Part shown: positions 37,091 to 39,951 of the stretch, piece by piece | Layout of the letters: each line of letters begins with the position of its first letter | Numbering within the stretch: position 1 is the stretch's first letter | NCBI RefSeq assembly: GCF_001194135.2 | Contig: NC_068988.1 | Location: forward strand, 93,925,330-93,965,280 | Length of the DNA stretch: 39,951 nucleotides | Reading direction: 5' to 3' | From: Octopus bimaculoides | Lineage: Eukaryota | Translations under genes and position numbers: made by a program | Notes under the pieces: generated by a model | Told to the model about the DNA's origin: nothing | The model's database searches: none | What the model saw: only the letters and a program-made list of their open reading frames with translations

Positions 37091-37264
37091 TATAATACAA
37101 TATGTGACAATAATTCTGTAGCCATGAAAAAACTCCAAGTTTCGGATGTCGGGGCGGAAACCTGCCTCGATAACTGAAGAGATGCCGGTGCAGGTTTCCG
37201 CCCCGACATCCGAAACTCGGAGCTTTATCATGTCAACCGAATAATTGTCACATGTTATATTACA
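37091..37264. repeat. Inverted repeat with 75-bp arms and a 24-nt spacer
   Basis: The inner 28 bp (37138-37165 and 37190-37217) are perfect; the outer 47 bp have 10 mismatches by hand. Confidence 0.9.
37169..37229 (+). ncRNA. Type I hammerhead-like motif overlapping the spacer and right arm of the inverted repeat
   Basis: GAUAA-CUGAAGA-GAUGCCGG(loop)CCGACAUCC-GAAA-CU(CGG)AG-C-U-UUAUC. Stem I is GAUAA/UUAUC. Position 16.1 is C here but U in the antisense arm. Confidence 0.45.
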
Positions 37265-37292
37265 AATATATGTCTGTATATATATTATTGTT

Positions 37293-37706
37293 AGGCCAGA
37301 TATATTTGTCAGAGATCATGAAAAAAAAAATGCTTTCTAATTGATGTATCAATACCAACAGATGACAACGTTTCTCTAAAAGAAATGGAGAAACTTTCAA
37401 AATACAAAGACCTGGAAATAGAGGTAACTCGAATGTGGAGTCGAAAAACAGAAACAACTCCTATCATAGTGAGCGCATTAGGTATGATAAAAAAAAAATA
37501 CTCAGAAAAATACATAACAAAAACACCAGGACTAACAAGAATATATAACATACAGAAAATTGCACTACTGGGCACTGCACACATCCTACGCAAAACACTT
37601 TCAATACAGTAACCATAAGAGCATCACAGCAAACCACAGCACATACCCAAGGCACACAGAGCTGCGCTCGATAGTGAAGTGAAAGCACGCTATGAAAATA
37701 AAACTA

Positions 37707-37768
<62 letters not shown>

Positions 37769-37784
37769 TGATGATGATAATAAT
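37293..37784 (+). mobile_element. 5'-truncated R4/Dong-like retrotransposon: restriction-like endonuclease C-terminus, 3' UTR and (AAT)n tail
   Basis: RPDIFVRDHE(fs in A-run)CFLIDVSIPTDDNVSLKEMEKLSKYKDLEIEVTRMW..IIVSALG..QKIALLGTAHILRKTLSIQ* (stop at 37612) is a PD-(D/E)xK-type endonuclease. The (AAT)n tail runs from 37710. Confidence 0.9.
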
Positions 37785-37785
37785 T

Positions 37786-37955
37786 ACTTTATCACAAGGC
37801 CAGTAATTTTGAAAGGAGATTTGCTTTTACCATTGACCCCACTACTTGACTGGTGATTTAATTGATCGATTCCAGAGCGATGAAAGGAAATTTGATGTCG
37901 CTAAGATTTGAACTCAGAACATAAAGACCCGGAAGAAATGCAGGAAAGCATTTTC
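37786..37955 (-). mobile_element. tRNA-derived SINE family A, diverged copy
   Basis: CACAAGGCC..GATGAAAGG..ATTTGAACTCAGAAC is the reverse complement of the family A tail, core and B-box. Confidence 0.55.
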
Positions 37956-37985
37956 CCCAAACCCAACGAAAATAATAAGTGTCAA

Positions 37986-38126
37986 ATTTTGGGTCAAGGT
38001 TAGTAATTTTGATGGGAGAGGGAGTAGCTGATAGCATTGACCCATCTACTTATCTGGTACTTAATTCTATCGACCCCAAAAGGATGAAAGGCAAAGTCTA
38101 CTTTAGCAGGATTTGAACTCAGAACG
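37986..38126 (-). mobile_element. tRNA-derived SINE family A, diverged copy
   Basis: ATCGACCCCAAAAGGATGAAAGGCAAAGTC..GATTTGAACTCAGAACG is the reverse complement of the family A core. Confidence 0.65.
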
Positions 38127-39951
38127 CTATATATTTTAATGACTCCCAGCAGAACAACATGCAAAAATGTGAGTTTAGAATCTAAAAAGAACATAAACAC
38201 CGTAAGGTATTTAATGCCGCCGCCCTTCCACTCCTTCGCCTTCACTTTACTATTATAATGACATCAAGAATGTTCACATTTAAGATTATAAGTTACACCT
38301 CTCTCCCATGCCATTTACCTTACTTTAATGTTCTTTTAACGGCGACTATCGTTCGTAAACGTGTTCAGAGATAGTTTAAGTTTTAGGGGGAAATTTCCAT
38401 TTACCTGGCACTAAGAAAGCAATCAAGTAAAAAATACCCACCCCAAACTATTTTCTCCAACGCCATTTTAAAACTAAGAAAATAATGTTATCTGTTTGCT
38501 AAGAGGCTTCAAAAGCTAAATCGCCGATTTTATAAATCGAGGACTCATTAAAGATACTTCATTAAAAAACAAAATAATAATCAATTTTAGACAATTTGAA
38601 GAAGGAAATTAGCTCTTCTTAGAGAAGATTGCCGACTGAATGTACCATATTGCACAGATTTCAAAACATTTTTTGCTATTCCTCTATTACTATAGCAGTG
38701 TTCTTTGTCATGTATTCTTATTGAAAAATAATATTAGTCAATTTTTTTTAATGGCGATGCGTTCTATTTTTTTGTTGCCTTCTGTTCAAGAGATTTTAAG
38801 AGGGAGGGGGATTCTTTAAATTTTTATTACAGCCGAGATTAGAACAAAATTGCTTAACGAAGGAAACATTTTTGTTTTCTTTTTATTTCAAAGTCGATGA
38901 CCGGTCATCAACAGCTACAGTAAATAAATACATAAATCTCCTTAAGTGTCTTTAAATCTAGTTCAGAAATCTCCGATACGCTACGTAATTTTCCTACATC
39001 TCAGCCATCAAGACCATTTAAAGAAGTCATATGGAGATTCTTCTCTTCCTTTATGTACTTAAGATTAGGTTTATTATAAAAACTTTACTTCTACTATTAG
39101 CATTTTAAATACATTAACACCAACACGATTTACATTATTCAAAAATCTGCCTAGCCATAAACCTAGCCATATTCCAAGTGCACGTTTATTTCCGTGGGTT
39201 GATAAAAGAGAAAGAAGGAGGGGAAATGCTTTATAGCTTCTCGGGTAGATAGTAGGTAAACAGCCAATTTAAAACATAAATACACACCCAGTCCGTTCAC
39301 AGAAGAGTTTTTAAAATATTAGATAAGAAAAAAAAAAAGGAAAAAAGAAAAAAAATTTTTCGAAGTATTTTAAAGAACTTACTAAAAATCTTTCTTTTAC
39401 TTTTCATTTTTGTGTGAGTAAATCTTTTAAGCTGAAGTGTCGTTCTGCCAACGCATTATGACTAGTTTTATGTAGTACATCTAAAATACCTCACACTAAT
39501 AGATCCCATATATTCATGAGCAGATTTCTTTTCTGCACAGCAACGAAGGCAACACTCGTCAGTTATGTGGTGATCTTTATCTTTACAATGAGACCTGTAA
39601 CACGAATCATATTTATTGGCAGTTTTAAAGACCACTTTATCGAAAGTTGTGTCTCCTACTATGAGATTCAAACAGTAAACTCGTCATTCAGATAGACGGA
39701 GACTGTATCAGATGCCAAATAATGTCGCCGACCTTTAAACTTCACAGGTGTCACTAAAGTTTGAATTAGGATAGAGGCCGACCCGGAGGACATACGAGCA
39801 AAACATCCCCTAAATATAATGTTCAGCAAATCCTTGCTAGAGTGATCTGAAAGGAATTTGTAGTAACAAGGGAATTCTTAGTGTCGAGAGGATCCAAATG
39901 TGAATATACCAACGCATCGCTTTTCTCTCTTTCAGTCATACCAGAAATGTT

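Noticed and set aside
38399-38410. TTACCTGGCA matching the U1 snRNA 5' end
   Set aside because: Only 10 nt match; the downstream sequence has no U1 stem-loops or Sm site.

Overview
AT-rich, microsatellite-dense eukaryotic draft scaffold with 8 N-gaps. Its repeat families resemble those I recall from Octopus genomes (recall, not a database check). Most of the window is non-coding and full of decayed retroelements: two tRNA-derived SINE families, five L1/Tx1-like LINE pieces, four R4/Dong-like pieces (two ending in (TAA)n), Penelope-like (PLE) remnants and a probable RTE piece. The best gene evidence is two minus-strand exons (4273-4332, 3807-3865) that splice in phase and end in a hydrophobic C-terminus resembling a GPI signal or tail anchor. 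A weaker plus-strand transmembrane exon candidate lies at 32279-32362. The most unusual signal is a set of minimal type I hammerhead-ribozyme-like motifs in three unrelated repeats: an inverted pair around an (AAT)n tract (19.8-20.0 kb), a tandem pair 214 nt apart with a non-canonical CUGUUGA core (24.0-24.3 kb), and one inside a 75-bp inverted repeat (37.1-37.3 kb). Decayed copies occur near 14 kb. Every motif departs from the canonical core, so activity is unproven. Most ORFs in the supplied track are microsatellite or gap artefacts. No rRNA, intact tRNA, CRISPR array or intact transposon ORF was found.
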